A DNA stretch of 64,000 nucleotides, taken from NCBI GenBank assembly GCA_038087875.1, contig CM075987.1, forward strand, positions 27,282,001-27,346,000, read 5' to 3'. Each line of letters starts with the position of its first letter. Within the stretch, counting starts at the first letter, position 1. The DNA is from Malacoraja senta (lineage: Eukaryota). Below, in pieces: positions 39,074-50,999 of this stretch. The notes under the pieces are model-generated. The model had not been told where the DNA came from. It did not search any database and saw nothing but the letters and a program-made list of their open reading frames with translations. Both the position numbers and the translations under genes were made by a program.

Positions 39074-40049
39074 CTAGGAAGAAGAAGGAAAAGCAGTGAT
39101 AAGAATAATCCATTTCTGCTCTAACCTTATCTTCTGTACTGCTCCAATTTCAAGATCTCCTCCGTCAAGCTGTCAGAAGGACATCTGATTACAGGCTGCT
39201 CAGACTACAGCTACTTGCCTTGGTCTCAGCTACATCAGAATGTAGCTCGAAAGGCAACTTCCAAATGTGTGACATATCTCCCAAATCCTACACCTCACGC
39301 TGCCTCGGCAAGGCCAGCAGCATAATCAAGGACGAGTCGCACCCCGGCCACTCCCTCTTCTCCCCTCGGGCCAAAGATACAGAAGTGTGAAAATGCACAC
39401 CTCCAGATTCAGGGACAGTTTCTTCCCAGCTGTTTCAGGCAACTGAACCATCCTAGCAACAACTAGAGCAGTGCTGAACTACTATCTACCTCATTGGTGA
39501 CCCTTGGACTGTCTTTGATCGGACTTTACTGGCTTTATCTTGCACTAAACATTCCTCACGTTTATCCTTTATCATGTATCTGTACACTGTGGACGGTTCA
39601 ATCATAATCATGTATTGTCTTTCTGCTGACTGGTTAGCAGGTAACAAAAGCTGTTCACTATCTTGGTACACGTGTCAATAAACTGAACCCAAGCGTGAAA
39701 TCCCAACTTCCGTTAATTTAATCCCAGGGCCGGCAAGAGAGGCCTGATACAACCCAGGCCAAATATTGAAAAGCAAAGGAAACAAAAATAACACCATGAG
39801 GGGAGATTTTTGTGGTTAGTGGCTCTGATTGGATTCTACGTAGGACACCATTCAGCCCATCTGAGTTGGATGATCAGCCATGATCATATTGAATGGCGGT
39901 GCAGGCTCGAAGGGCCGAATGGCCTACTCCTGCACCTATTTTCTATGTATCTATGTATCTAATCCCTGCTGGCACCCATTCACCCACCACTCCACTCCAC
40001 ATATTCCCCTCAACCTCCACACCCTCGTCCATTGCCTTTGTCACCTCCT

Positions 40050-42946
40050 ATATAACCATATAACCATAACAGCACGGAAACAGGCCATCTCGGCCCTTCA
40101 AGTCCGTGCCGAACATTTAATTTTTTTTTTTTTTTTTTTTTTTTTTAATTAAAAATAAAATGCTTCCCCCTAGTCCCATCTACCTGCACTCAGACCATAA
40201 CCCTCCATTCCTTTCCCGTCCATATACCCATCCAATCTATTTTTAAAGGATAACATCGAACCTGCCTCCACCACTTCCACTGGAAGCTCATTCCACACAG
40301 CTACCACTCTCTGAGTAAAGAAGTTCCCCCTAATGTTCCCCCTAAACTTCTGTCCCTTAATTCTCAAGTCATGTCCCCTTGTTTGAATCTTCCCTACTCT
40401 CAATGGGAAAAGCTTATCCACGTCCACTCTGTCTAACCCGCTCATAATTTTAAAGACCTCTATCAAGTCCCCTCTTAACCTTCTGCGCTCCAAAGAATAA
40501 AGACCTAACTTGTTCAACCTTTCTCTGTAACTTAGTTGCTGAAACCCAGGCAACATTCTAGTAAATCTCCTCTGTACTCTCTCTATTTTGTTGACATCCT
40601 TCCTATAATTAGGCGACCAAAATTGTACTCCATACTCCACAATTGGCCTCACCAATGCCGTGTACAATTTTAACATTACATCCCAACTTCTATATTCAAT
40701 GCTCTGATTTATAAAGGCCAGCACACCAAAAGCTTTCTTTACCACCCTATCTACATGAGATTCCACCTTCAGGGAACTATGCACAGTTATTCCTAGATCC
40801 CTCTGTTCAACTGCATTCCTCAATTCGCTACCATTTACCGTGTACGTCCTATTTTGATTTGTCCTGCCGAGATGTAGCACCTCACATTTGTCAGCATTAA
40901 ACTCCATCTGCCATCTTTCAGCCCACTCTTCCAAATGGCCTAAATCTCTCTGTAGACTTTGAAAATCTACTTCATTATCCACAACACCACCTATCTTAGT
41001 ATCATCTGCATACTTACTAATCCAATTTTCCACACCTTCATCCAGATCATTGATGTACGTGACAAACAACAGTGGACCCAACACAGACCCCTGAGGCACC
41101 CCACTAGTCACCGGCCTCCAACCTGACAAACAGCCATCCACCATTACTCTCTGGCATCTCCCATTCAGCCACTGTTGAATCCATCTTGCTACTCCACCAT
41201 TAATACCCAACAATTGAATCTTCTTAACCAACCTTCCATGAGGAACCTTGTCAAAGGCCTTACTGAAGTCCATATAGAGAACATCCACTGCTTTACCCTC
41301 ATCAATTTCCCTAGTAACCTCTTCGAAAAATTCAAGAAGATTAGTCAAGCATGACCTTCCAGGCACAAATCCATGTTGACTGTTCCTAATCAGACCCTGC
41401 TTATCCAGATGCTTATATATATTATCTTTAAATATCCTTTCCATTAATTTGCCCACCAATGACGTCAAACTAACAGGTCTATAATTGCTAGGTTTACTCT
41501 TCGAACCCTTTTTAAACAACGGAACAACATGCGCAGTACGCCAATCCTCCGGCACTATTCCCGTTTCTAATGACATTTGAAATATTTCTGTCATAGCCCC
41601 TGCTATTTCTACACTAACTTCCCTCAATGTCCCAGGGAATATCCTGTCAGGACCTGGAGACTTATCCGTTTTCATATTTTTCAAAAGTGTCCGCACCTCC
41701 TCTTCTTTGAATCTCACAGTTTCCATTGCTACTCTGCTCGTTTCCCTTACCTCACATAATTCCATATCCTTCTCCTTCGTGAATACCGAAGAAAAGAAAT
41801 TGTTCAATATCTCCCCCATCTCTTTTGGCTCTGCAGATAGCTGTCCACTCTGACTCTCTAATGGACCGATTTTATTCCTTGTTATCCTTTTGCTATTAAT
41901 ATAGCTGTAGAAACCCTTTGGATTTACTTTCACCTTACTTGCCAAAGCAACCTCATATCTTCTTTTAGCTTTTCTAATTTCTTTCTTAATATTCTTTTTA
42001 CATTCTTTATACTCCTCAAGCACCTCATTTACTCCATGCTGCCTATAATTATTGTAGATCTCTCTCTTTTTCCGAACCAAGTGTCCAATTTCCCTTGAAA
42101 ACCATGGCTCTTTCCATTTTTTACTATTTCCTTTCAACCGAACAGGGACATAAAGATTCTGTACTCTTAAAATTTCACCCTTAAATGTCCTCCATTTTTC
42201 TTCTACATCCTTCCCATAAAACAACATGTCCCAATTCACTCCTTTTAAATCCTTTCGCATCTCCTCAAAGTTAGCCTTTCTCCAAACAAAAATCTCAACC
42301 CTAGGTCCAGTTCTGACCCTCTCCATAATTATATTGAAACTAATGGTATTGTGATCACTGGACCCGAAGTGCTCCCCGACGCATACCTCCGCCACTTGCC
42401 CTGTCTCATTTCCTAACAGGAGGTCCAGCACTGCCCCTTCTCTAGTAGGTACCTCTATGTATTGCTGCAAAAAACTATCTTGCACACATTTTACAAACTC
42501 CAAACCATCCAGCCCTTTTACAGAATGTGTTTCCCAGTCTATGTGTGGAAAATTGAAATCTCCCACAATCACTACCTTGTGCTTACTACTAATATCTGCT
42601 ATCTCCTTACATATTTGCTCTTCCAATTCTCGCTCCCCATTTGGCGGTCTATAATACACCCCTATAAGTGTTGCTACACCTTTCCCATTTCTCAGTTCCA
42701 CCCAAATAGCCTCCCTAGACGAGCCCTCTAATCTATCCTGCCAAAGCACTGCTGTAATATCTTCCTTGACAAGCAATGCAACACCCCCACCTCTTGCCCC
42801 TCCAATTCTATCACCCCTGAAGCAACGAAATCCTGGAATATTTATTTGCCAATCACAGCCCTCCTGCAACCATGTTTCACTGATCGCCACAACATCATAC
42901 TTCCAGGTGTCAATCCAGGCTCTAAGCTCATCCACCTTTCTTACAA
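40050..42946 (-). mobile_element. CR1-clade LINE, 5'-truncated, intact ORF2 (EN+RT)
   Basis: Uninterrupted ~925 codons with ISETWL, VYYRPP, GDFNFP, SDH, NYRPVSLTS, DFSKAFD, GVPQGSVLGP, YADD; 3' UTR ends in (TTATATGG)-type repeats; TCCT on both sides. Confidence 0.95.
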
Positions 42947-43080
42947 TCCTCAAAAAACTCAATCGTTAATAAGTCTTGTAAAGATCTGATACAAAACAAA
43001 GTTCCTTCTACAGGATATGATTTTACAAATCAAAATCTGTAACTGACCAACACTAAGTTAACAATGTGTTAATAATAATT

Positions 43081-43366
43081 CGGCACAGTGGGGCAGCCTT
43101 ACAGCGGCAGAGACCCGGGTTCGATCCTAACTGTGGTGCTGTCTGTGTGGGGTTTGCACGTTCTCCCTGTGACTGTGTGGGTTTTCCGCAGGAGTTCGAG
43201 TTTCCTCCCACACTCCCAAGATAGGTAGGTTAGGAGGCTAATTGGCTTCAGTAAAATTGTAAATTGCCCTAAGTACGCAGGATAGTGCTGGTGTGCGGGG
43301 ATTGCTGGTCGGCACGGACTCAATGGGCCGAAGAGCCTTTTTCCGCGCAGTATCACTAAAGTCTAA
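43081..43366 (+). mobile_element. V-SINE (HE1-like)
   Basis: Forward copy with B box GGTTCGATCC. Confidence 0.75.
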
Positions 43367-44327
43367 GACTGAACAAATAGTAACGGAGATGGCAGCATTA
43401 GCAAGCTGACTCAAGGCCTCAATGCTTGCTCTCTAGATTACAACACTACAGGTTTTAAGTGTGCCATTATTCAGCTACATAACTGACAAGGCCACATAAA
43501 CCATTTGGTGCATAGCTTGGCAGCAATTTGCAAAGAGCAAATTAGCTAAAGGAATGATATTTCACTCAACACATGACAGTCTTTACACAAAGCAATTCAT
43601 TCTCATCTTTCATTCAAACATTCCCAAAATGATCCTCCGCAAAGGATACATTGTCAAATGAAAAGCCCGCAGGAGAATGAATGACATGCTCGGAGGGAAG
43701 ATTCAGCTAGATTTGAATGAAAAATGAAAGCAAAGTGCTTTGTGTGGAAGACTCTTGGTGTTAGTGAACTATTGGTAAATTTGTTCTTTGAGAATCACTG
43801 CCAAGCTGTGCATTAATTAGATTAGGTCGTTGTGAATAATTAATGGTTTGAATAGCAGCACATACTTGAAGTACATCAAAGCCTTGAAACAGCTTCCTCT
43901 GGTCCAGAAACCAAATGTGGCCGAGGGTGAACTCAGGAAGGGAAATTACTGCAGATACTTAAACCAGGTAGCATCAGCAGAGAGCAAAGTAAAGGCAATG
44001 TTTCAAGTCCAGGACCTTTCATCAGAATAATTTCTGTCCCCACAGCTGGTCTGACCTACTGAGGAGTGCCAGTATTTCCAGTTTTCATTTCCAATTAGAA
44101 TCACAGAGTGATACAGCGTGGAAACAGGCCGTTTGCCCACACCGGCCAACATGCCCCATCTACACAAGTCCCACCTGCCTGCAAAAGGCCCATCTCCCTC
44201 CACAACTGTCCTATCCATACACCTGTCCAAATGTTTCTTAAACGTTGGGAAAGTACCTGCCTCAACCTTTAGGCCATTCGGCCCATCAAGTCTACTCCGC
44301 CATTCAATCATGGCTGATCTATCTCCA

Positions 44328-44576
44328 TTTTCAACATGTTGAAAATCCAGCGGCAACCAGAAAGACGCTACGACTATTTTGGCGAGTGAGGAGACGCCTC
44401 ACGACCATACAGGCGACACCCTGGTGACATGTCGCGGGGTGAATTCTGTATGGTTGTGAGTAGTCGCCCAAAGAGTCGTACCTTGTCACCGCTGGATTTT
44501 CAACGTTGAAATTTTTCGACAACCTGCAACGGTGCCGGCAGTCGCCGAAAAAGTTGCGTAAGTGGGACAGGCCCAT
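44328..44576. mobile_element. Partial fold-back MITE (Harbinger-like end)
   Basis: Internal inverted repeats TTGAAAATCCAGCGG / CCGCTGGATTTTCAA and ACCATACAG / CTGTATGGT; ends TAAGTGGGACAGGCCC; left terminus not seen. Confidence 0.55.
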
Positions 44577-44914
44577 TGGACACCTGCTGGAACCTGCACT
44601 GTTACATAAATGTAGGTGGTTGCTGCTAACTCCAAATAGATTTGGACGCTCAGATATGCATAGGATGCGGTCGCCTGGAATAAACAATTAGTGAAACAGA
44701 TAACTCCATCAGGAGGAGTTTATCTATTCAACACTCCCTGAGTTAATACATATCGCAAGCAAAGAAGAATGGACGTGAAGACTTGAAGGGCTGAATGGTC
44801 TCATTCTGCACTTATCACTTATGAACTTGAAGAAAATGTATATAATGGGATCAGGCTTTGTATATGCTGAACATTATTGATCAAAATGTAGGCTAGCACT
44901 ATATTGTTGATAAT

Positions 44915-45225
44915 TTTAGACTTTACTTTAGACTGCAGACATACGGCGTGGAAACAGGCCCTTCGGCCCACCGAGTCTGTGCCGACCAGTGATCATTCCA
45001 TAAACTAACACTATCCTACTCACTAGGGTCAAGTTACAATTTTTTTTACAGAAGCCAATTAACCTACAAGCCTGCACGTCTTTGGAGTGTGGGAGAAAAC
45101 CGGAGAAAACCCAAGCAGTCACAGGGAGAAGGTACAGACTCCGTATAGACTGCACCCTTAGTCAGGGTCGAACTCGGGTCTCTGCCGCTGTGAGGCAGCA
45201 ACTTTATCGCTGCTCCACTGTGCCA
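44915..45225 (-). mobile_element. V-SINE (HE1-like)
   Basis: Reverse copy. Confidence 0.75.
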
Positions 45226-45851
45226 CACATAACTTCAGGAGTTCTTCTGAACATAATCTCCATCTATAACTTCAGAATGTGATCATCAGCACAGTTTATG
45301 CTCAGCATCCACTAGTGTTGTGGCACCGTGATACAGTTACGTTCTATAAATAATATTTGCTATCACTTTACTAACTGGCTGGCAAAACAGATCAACTCTT
45401 ACATATTACGCTACAATATAGCAGAGTTTCACTTCAAGATATGATGTGCATTCAATAATGTTCACTTGACGTCCAGTTTCTTATTTGACGCGATGGAAAA
45501 TCAATCATACAGCAGCTTAAGAGTAATCGAATTAAAATTTCGTAAATTTATTTTCATCCAAACTGATTAGTGTAAAAAGGTTCTCAGAGCCAAGTGTGTA
45601 ATCAATCATTCCTTGATCGGGGCTTGGATCGGAATCTGTAAGATTAAAAGACTCAGCAATCCTTTCGGAAGGAGCAACACAGGGAGTGAAAGACTTAAAC
45701 AGCTCATCTGCAAACATTTGCCAGGAAAACAGAGTCCAATAAGCGAGTTTGGTATTCCGAAAAACGCAAGGAATCCTGGGATTTGACAAAGGTCACTCGC
45801 TATAAAGAAAAAGCAAATGTATTGCATCTTCTGAATGTAGTCAACAACATA

Positions 45852-46190
45852 CAGGTCCACCACCGATTTTCCGGCACCCTTGTTTCCAGGGTTATCCATG
45901 TTGCCGGACCACCAGAGGTCACCAGTTCCAAGAGGAGTCCAAAGTTGGCGTCGGAAGTCGGCTCTGGCCGGGATGGAGTTCCGGACACAGCGGGCACAGC
46001 GGGCCTATTCCATCCGCCGATCGGCCGCGGAAGTCCCGATGAGGTGGAGATCGGCCTCCTCGCCCGGCCTAGGCAACACATTTTTGGGGGGGGGACATCC
46101 AGGGGGAATTTCAAGTGCGCTCTGGTAATTTTGTCCAGATTAAAGGAGGTGCCAGGCCAGCAGTTTGCTGGAAAATCAGCGGTGGACCTA
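45852..46190. mobile_element. Tc1/mariner (pogo/Tigger-like) MITE
   Basis: TA-flanked; left CAGGTCCACCACCGATTTTCCGGCA vs right reverse complement TAGGTCCACCGCTGATTTTCCAGCA. Confidence 0.75.
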
Positions 46191-46245
46191 TACCACGTTT
46201 GTTTTGATAAAAAGGTCGGCTGAGGCAAGTATTTTTAGAACTTAC

Positions 46246-46395
46246 ATCTAGTTTCATCAAAGTCAGGAGATCCTTCTTGGCAGCCTCTAGGATCTGTTGC
46301 TTATGGTTGGTGACTATGCCAGTGTGGTCCTCACCCTCAGTGTAATGGTAAACGCTGGGTTGCTCGAGCATAGTCACACTCTTCTTCACTGTGGT
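46246..46395 (-). CDS. PNPLA7: PNPLA7 coding exon
   Basis: 150 nt, caatag/gtaagt: TTVKKSVTMLEQPSVYHYTEGEDHTGIVTNHKQQILEAAKKDLLTLMKLD. Confidence 0.9.
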
Positions 46396-46549
46396 CTATT
46401 GAAACAGAAGAATTAAAGTTAGCTACATATATACGTAGATAGATTTATTTCAGGTTTTCAGCATCTGCGCGTTTTTTTAGTGTGTTTTGTCTTGTTTCTC
46501 CAGGATTCTTTACAAAAATATGAGCATCACATATCTTGAATATTTTATA

Positions 46550-46716
46550 TTTAAGAAGGAACTGCAGAAGCTGGAAAATCGAAGGTAGACAAAAATGCTG
46601 GAGAAACTCAGCGGGTGAGGCAGCATCTATGGAGAGAAGGAAAAAAACACTTTTTTTCCCTTCGCTCCATAGATGCTGCCTCACCCGCTGCGTGTCTCCA
46701 ACATTTTTGTCTGCCT
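46550..46716. mobile_element. Penelope pLTR-derived fold-back element
   Basis: Inverted halves flanked by TTGAATATTTTATA at 46536-46549 and 46717-46730. Confidence 0.75.
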
Positions 46717-47580
46717 TTGAATATTTTATAGAAATGTTTAGTTTATTGTCATGTGTACCGAGGTACAGTGCAAAGCCTTTTTCTTGCATGGTATCCAATC
46801 AATGGAAAGACTATACATGATTACAACCAAGCCGTCCACAGTGTACAGATACAGGATAAAGGGAGTAGCGTTTAGTGCAAGATAAAGACCAGTGAAGTCT
46901 GACTAAACTTTAAGGGTATCCAATGAGGTAGATCGCTGGTGACATCCACTCTCTAGTTGGTGATAGGATGGTTCAATTGTATCTGTGTAACCTCACCCAT
47001 TCCTTCTCTCCAGAGATGCTGCCTGTCGCGCTGAGTTACTCCAGCATTTTACTCCAGCAAAATTCAATATATATATATATATTTATATACACACCAGTAT
47101 ATATATATATATATCTACACAAAATAAATATATATATAGAGAGAGAGGCAAAAAGACCCAAAGTGCTGGAGTAACTCAAGAGTCCAGAGTGTTTTATTGT
47201 CACATATCCCAGCCAGAACAGTGACATTCTTACTTGTGGCAGCACAACAATAATAGTGCAGAAAGACAAAGCCAATGCCCCCCCGGGTCTCTGGAGTTCA
47301 GAGATTATCAGCAGGTCAGGCAGTGTCTCTGGCAAACCAGCTGTGCATACCCAGTATTTTAGTTTTATTTATTTCATAGCAGCTGCAACTTTTATTATAT
47401 TAACATTACGATTCTCAATCGTGCTGAAGCAATCAAATTATTTATAACACGTGCTAACTACCAGAATGGCAAATCCAAGATAACGACAGGATCCTTGATG
47501 ATTTAGAACAGGATGTCATTTGTTCCCTTTGTTAATGATGCCCAACTTGGTCTGCCTCTGCTGCAGGCTTCACGAACTAT

Positions 47581-47608
47581 CTGAAGAAGGGTCTCGACCC
47601 GAAACGTC
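47581..47608 (+). ncRNA. Minimal hammerhead ribozyme motif (Penelope pLTR-derived)
   Basis: CTGAAGA-A-GGGTC-TC-GACCC-GAAA-C-GTC: hammerhead core, stem II, palindromic ACGT helix III, GUC triplet; helix I is very short. Confidence 0.6.
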
Positions 47609-47705
47609 ACCCATTGCTTCTCTCCAGAGATACTCCAGCAATTTGTGGCTATCTTCAGTCGCCCATAACTCAGTTTCATTAACTGTTGTACAAAGTGATA
47701 TTTAC

Positions 47706-47812
47706 CTTAATACCAGACATGGCAGGACTGGAGCAGTGCTCTTCTGCCAACAGACTGACCCTCGCTCTCTCACACGCTGTGTTCATGTCAGATTTACCAC
47801 CCGCCAATCCTC
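47706..47812 (-). CDS. PNPLA7: PNPLA7 coding exon (linker; most 5' coding exon visible)
   Basis: 107 nt, ttgcag/gtaaa: (G)GLAGGKSDMNTACERARVSLLAEEHCSSPAMSGIK, resembling the recalled SDxxMACxRARV linker of PNPLA7; ends phase 0 as the next exon needs. Confidence 0.85.
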
Positions 47813-48666
47813 CTGCAATGAGAAAAGGCAATTACTTCCCAGCAAAAGAACTGTTCATTAATCCAATAATACAGGATACAAATTCCCAATGACCTGTATC
47901 ACCACATTGAGCGTTAAAGGTTAGTTTTAATATGCAATGAATCCGCTGGATTTGGAGGGAGGTGGGGATAGAGAGTCATAGAGTCATACTGTGCAGAAAC
48001 AGGCCTTCCAGTTCCCTCCCACTTTCCAAAGACGTACATGTTTGTAGGTTAATTGGCTTGGAAAAAAATCTTAAATTGTCCCCAGTGTGTGTAGGATAGC
48101 ACTAGTGTACGGGGTGATCGCTAATCGGTGCAGACTCGGTGGGGCAAAAGGCCTGTTTCCGCACTGTATCTCTAAAGTTTAATGTCTAAAGAGAAGTGAG
48201 AGAGAAAGAGACATCTTTTGTTGGAACAATCTCCTGTGATATTTTGAGAACCTGATATTAAACAAAATGACGTATCAAAATAATATCTCAATATTTTAGC
48301 ACGTGTAGTTCCTTCTCCCTCATTTTCACCCACAGTTCAATTACCATTTCTGGGCAAGTCACCATGTCTACATAGAAACATGGAAACATAGAAAAATAGG
48401 TGCAGGACTAGCCCATTCGGCCCTTCGTGCCAGCACCGTCATTCAATATGATCATGGCTGATCATCTAAAATGAGTACCCTATTCCTCCTTTCTACCCAT
48501 ATCCCTTGATTCCGTTAGCCCTAAGAGCTAAATCTAGCTCCCTCTTGAATGCATCCAGTGAATCGGCCTCCACTGCCTTCTGTGGCAGAGAATTCCACAC
48601 ATTCACAACTCTCTGGGTGAAAAAGTTTTTCCTCATCTCAGTCCTAAATGGCCTACCCTTATTCTT

Positions 48667-48840
48667 GTTTAAGAAAGAACTGCAGATGCTGGAAAAATCG
48701 AAGGTAGACAAAAAAGCTGGAGAAACTTAGTGGGTGAGGCAGCATCTCTGGAGCGGAGGAATAGGCGACGTCACCTATTCCTTCGCTACATAGATGCTGC
48801 CTCACCCGCTGAATTTCACCAGCTTTTTTGTCTACCTACA
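48667..48840. mobile_element. Penelope pLTR-derived fold-back element inserted in a CR1 fragment
   Basis: Inverted halves flanked by CCTTATTCTT at 48657-48666 and 48841-48850. Confidence 0.75.
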
Positions 48841-49111
48841 CCTTATTCTTAAACTGTGACCCCTGGCTCTGGACTCCCAACATCGGGAACATTTTTCCTG
48901 CCTCTAGCCTGTCCAACTATCTCTACACTAAACTCGTGACACTCATCAGTAAGTCTCCCTTGAAGGACTTGCAGCTGAATAAACTATTGCAATCCGTTTG
49001 ATTCATGATCAACACACTTTTCCGGAAATCATTTGGTCTATGAATGAACCGTCTGAGCTCCATGATTAGATTCTATCTAACAACTCATTCTGGTGCGCAA
49101 GCCACGATTAG

Positions 49112-49408
49112 ATTTTAGTTTTTGTTTGGAGATACAGCGCGGAAACAGGCCCTTTCGGCCCACTGAGTACGCACCGACCAGCGATCCCTGCCCACTAAAA
49201 CTACCCAACACACACTAGGGTCAATTTTACATTCATACCAAGCCAATTAACCGGCAAACCTGTACGTCTTTGGAGTGTGGGAGGAAACCGAAAATCTCGG
49301 CGTAAACCCACGCAGGTCACGGGGAGAACGTACAAACTCCGCACAGACAGCACCCGGGTCTCTGGCGCTGTGAGGCAGTCGCTCTACTGCCGCACCACTA
49401 TGCCGCCC
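49112..49408 (-). mobile_element. V-SINE (HE1-like)
   Basis: Reverse copy with internal deletion. Confidence 0.75.
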
Positions 49409-50062
49409 TATTTCTATTTGTTTTTGTCCTTGAGCACCCTCTGTAAATGACCCACACGCCTACATTAGGCCAACATTCACTACTTTGTTTCTGTTCCTCT
49501 CCACTGAACATCCCTTTAGGGTCAAGGACAAATTGTGTGTTTCCAAGGATATTGCCTTTAATAAATCGGTCAAAAGAAACATTAAAGATTGCTGACGCAA
49601 ACTATGGGACATTTCCTTTGTCACTATGTGTGTTATATGTCAAGAAAAAAGAATCATTAATTTTTCAGTGATCATAAATCTGCCCTCCACAAAATAACAA
49701 TGCCCCTTGTAATGTCTGATGGAAATTTCTCAATGGTATCGTCTTTGTTATTGCTGTCTTAAGAAGCACCACTAAATCCACAAAGTGTTTTCATGCACAT
49801 ATTACCGCTACTTCAAACCATTGTAATGTTTGCTCAATGCACGTGACAACGTGACAACTACATTATTAAAGTGATACACCAAACAGTAACTTAAGCATGG
49901 AATGATGCCCATAAAGGCAACATTTGACATAATGAATGCAAAACTGCTGCAATGTGTAGGAAGGAACTGCAGATGCTGGTTTAAACCGAATATTGAAGAT
50001 AGACACAAAAAGCTGGAGTAACTCAGCGGGACAGGCAGCATTTATGGAGAGAAAGAATGGGT

Positions 50063-50090
50063 GACGTTTCGGGTCAAGACCCTTCTTCAG
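50063..50090 (-). ncRNA. Minimal hammerhead ribozyme motif, sense to PNPLA7 pre-mRNA
   Basis: Minus strand gt-CTGAAGA-A-GGGTC-TT-GACCC-GAAA-C-GTC-ac. Confidence 0.6.
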
Positions 50091-50186
50091 ACTGAAGAAA
50101 GATCTTGACCCGAAACGTCACCCATTCTTTCTCTCCAGAGATGCTGCCTGTCCCCCTGAGTTACTCCAGCTTTTTGTGTCTATCTT

Positions 50187-50325
50187 CAATATACATACCA
50201 CTGGGCTGTAAGCCACCCAGCCAAATTTGGGATGCTGTTCATACAATTTGGGCTGGGCCTCACACTGACAGTGGAGGAGGCCCAGGATAGAAAGGTCAGT
50301 GTGGGAATGGGAAGGGGAGTTAAAG
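50187..50325 (-). mobile_element. Penelope GIY-YIG C-terminal fragment
   Basis: HFNSPSHSHTDLSILGLL..KL.EQH matches the C-terminus of the 4047-4580 ORF. Confidence 0.75.
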
Positions 50326-50426
50326 TGTGTGAGAAAGAACTGCAGATGCTGGATAAAATCGAAGGTAGACACAAAATGCTGGAGTAACTCAGCGGGTGAG
50401 GCAGCATCTCTGGAGAGAAGGGATGG

Positions 50427-50626
50427 NNNNNNNNNNNNNNNNNNNNNNNNNNNNNNNNNNNNNNNNNNNNNNNNNNNNNNNNNNNNNNNNNNNNNNNNNN
50501 NNNNNNNNNNNNNNNNNNNNNNNNNNNNNNNNNNNNNNNNNNNNNNNNNNNNNNNNNNNNNNNNNNNNNNNNNNNNNNNNNNNNNNNNNNNNNNNNNNNN
50601 NNNNNNNNNNNNNNNNNNNNNNNNNN
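50427..50626. other. Assembly gap (200 N)
   Basis: Run of exactly 200 N, probably a placeholder length. Confidence 0.99.
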
Positions 50627-50999
50627 ATAGCCCATCTGGCAGCTGCCGTCTTCGCTTGTTTTGGAAGCTCTGCTGACCCTGTGCACGCGCCTCATCAATT
50701 GAGGGTGCTATCAAGCAGCCCTATACTAGGTGCTGCTGACCTGGCTTCTGGAGCCTGGTTCTGACATCACTCCTCCTGGAGTATGTTTCGTTGGAGCAAC
50801 CTGTGTACAGGTTCTCCATTTGGAATATCCACTTCAGAAAGTGGTATCCAACCTTGGAGGTGAATCCTAACTGACTCTTGCTCCATGACCCTGACTTGTA
50901 TGGTGCCTAGCACCCAACTGACGCTGGCTCCGTTCTTTAATGCACAAGTCCACAGTTCTCCCCGCTCCCAGCCGGCGACTGTTGTAGGGTATGAGGCAG

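Noticed and set aside
1..47812. Calling the gene PNPLA6
   Set aside because: Adjacency to MRPL41 and DPH7 and motifs such as AAKKDLLTLMKL and RDSELAKLP fit PNPLA7 better; a phylogeny would be decisive
50118..50764. ORFs spanning the N gap
   Set aside because: Artefacts of translating through Ns
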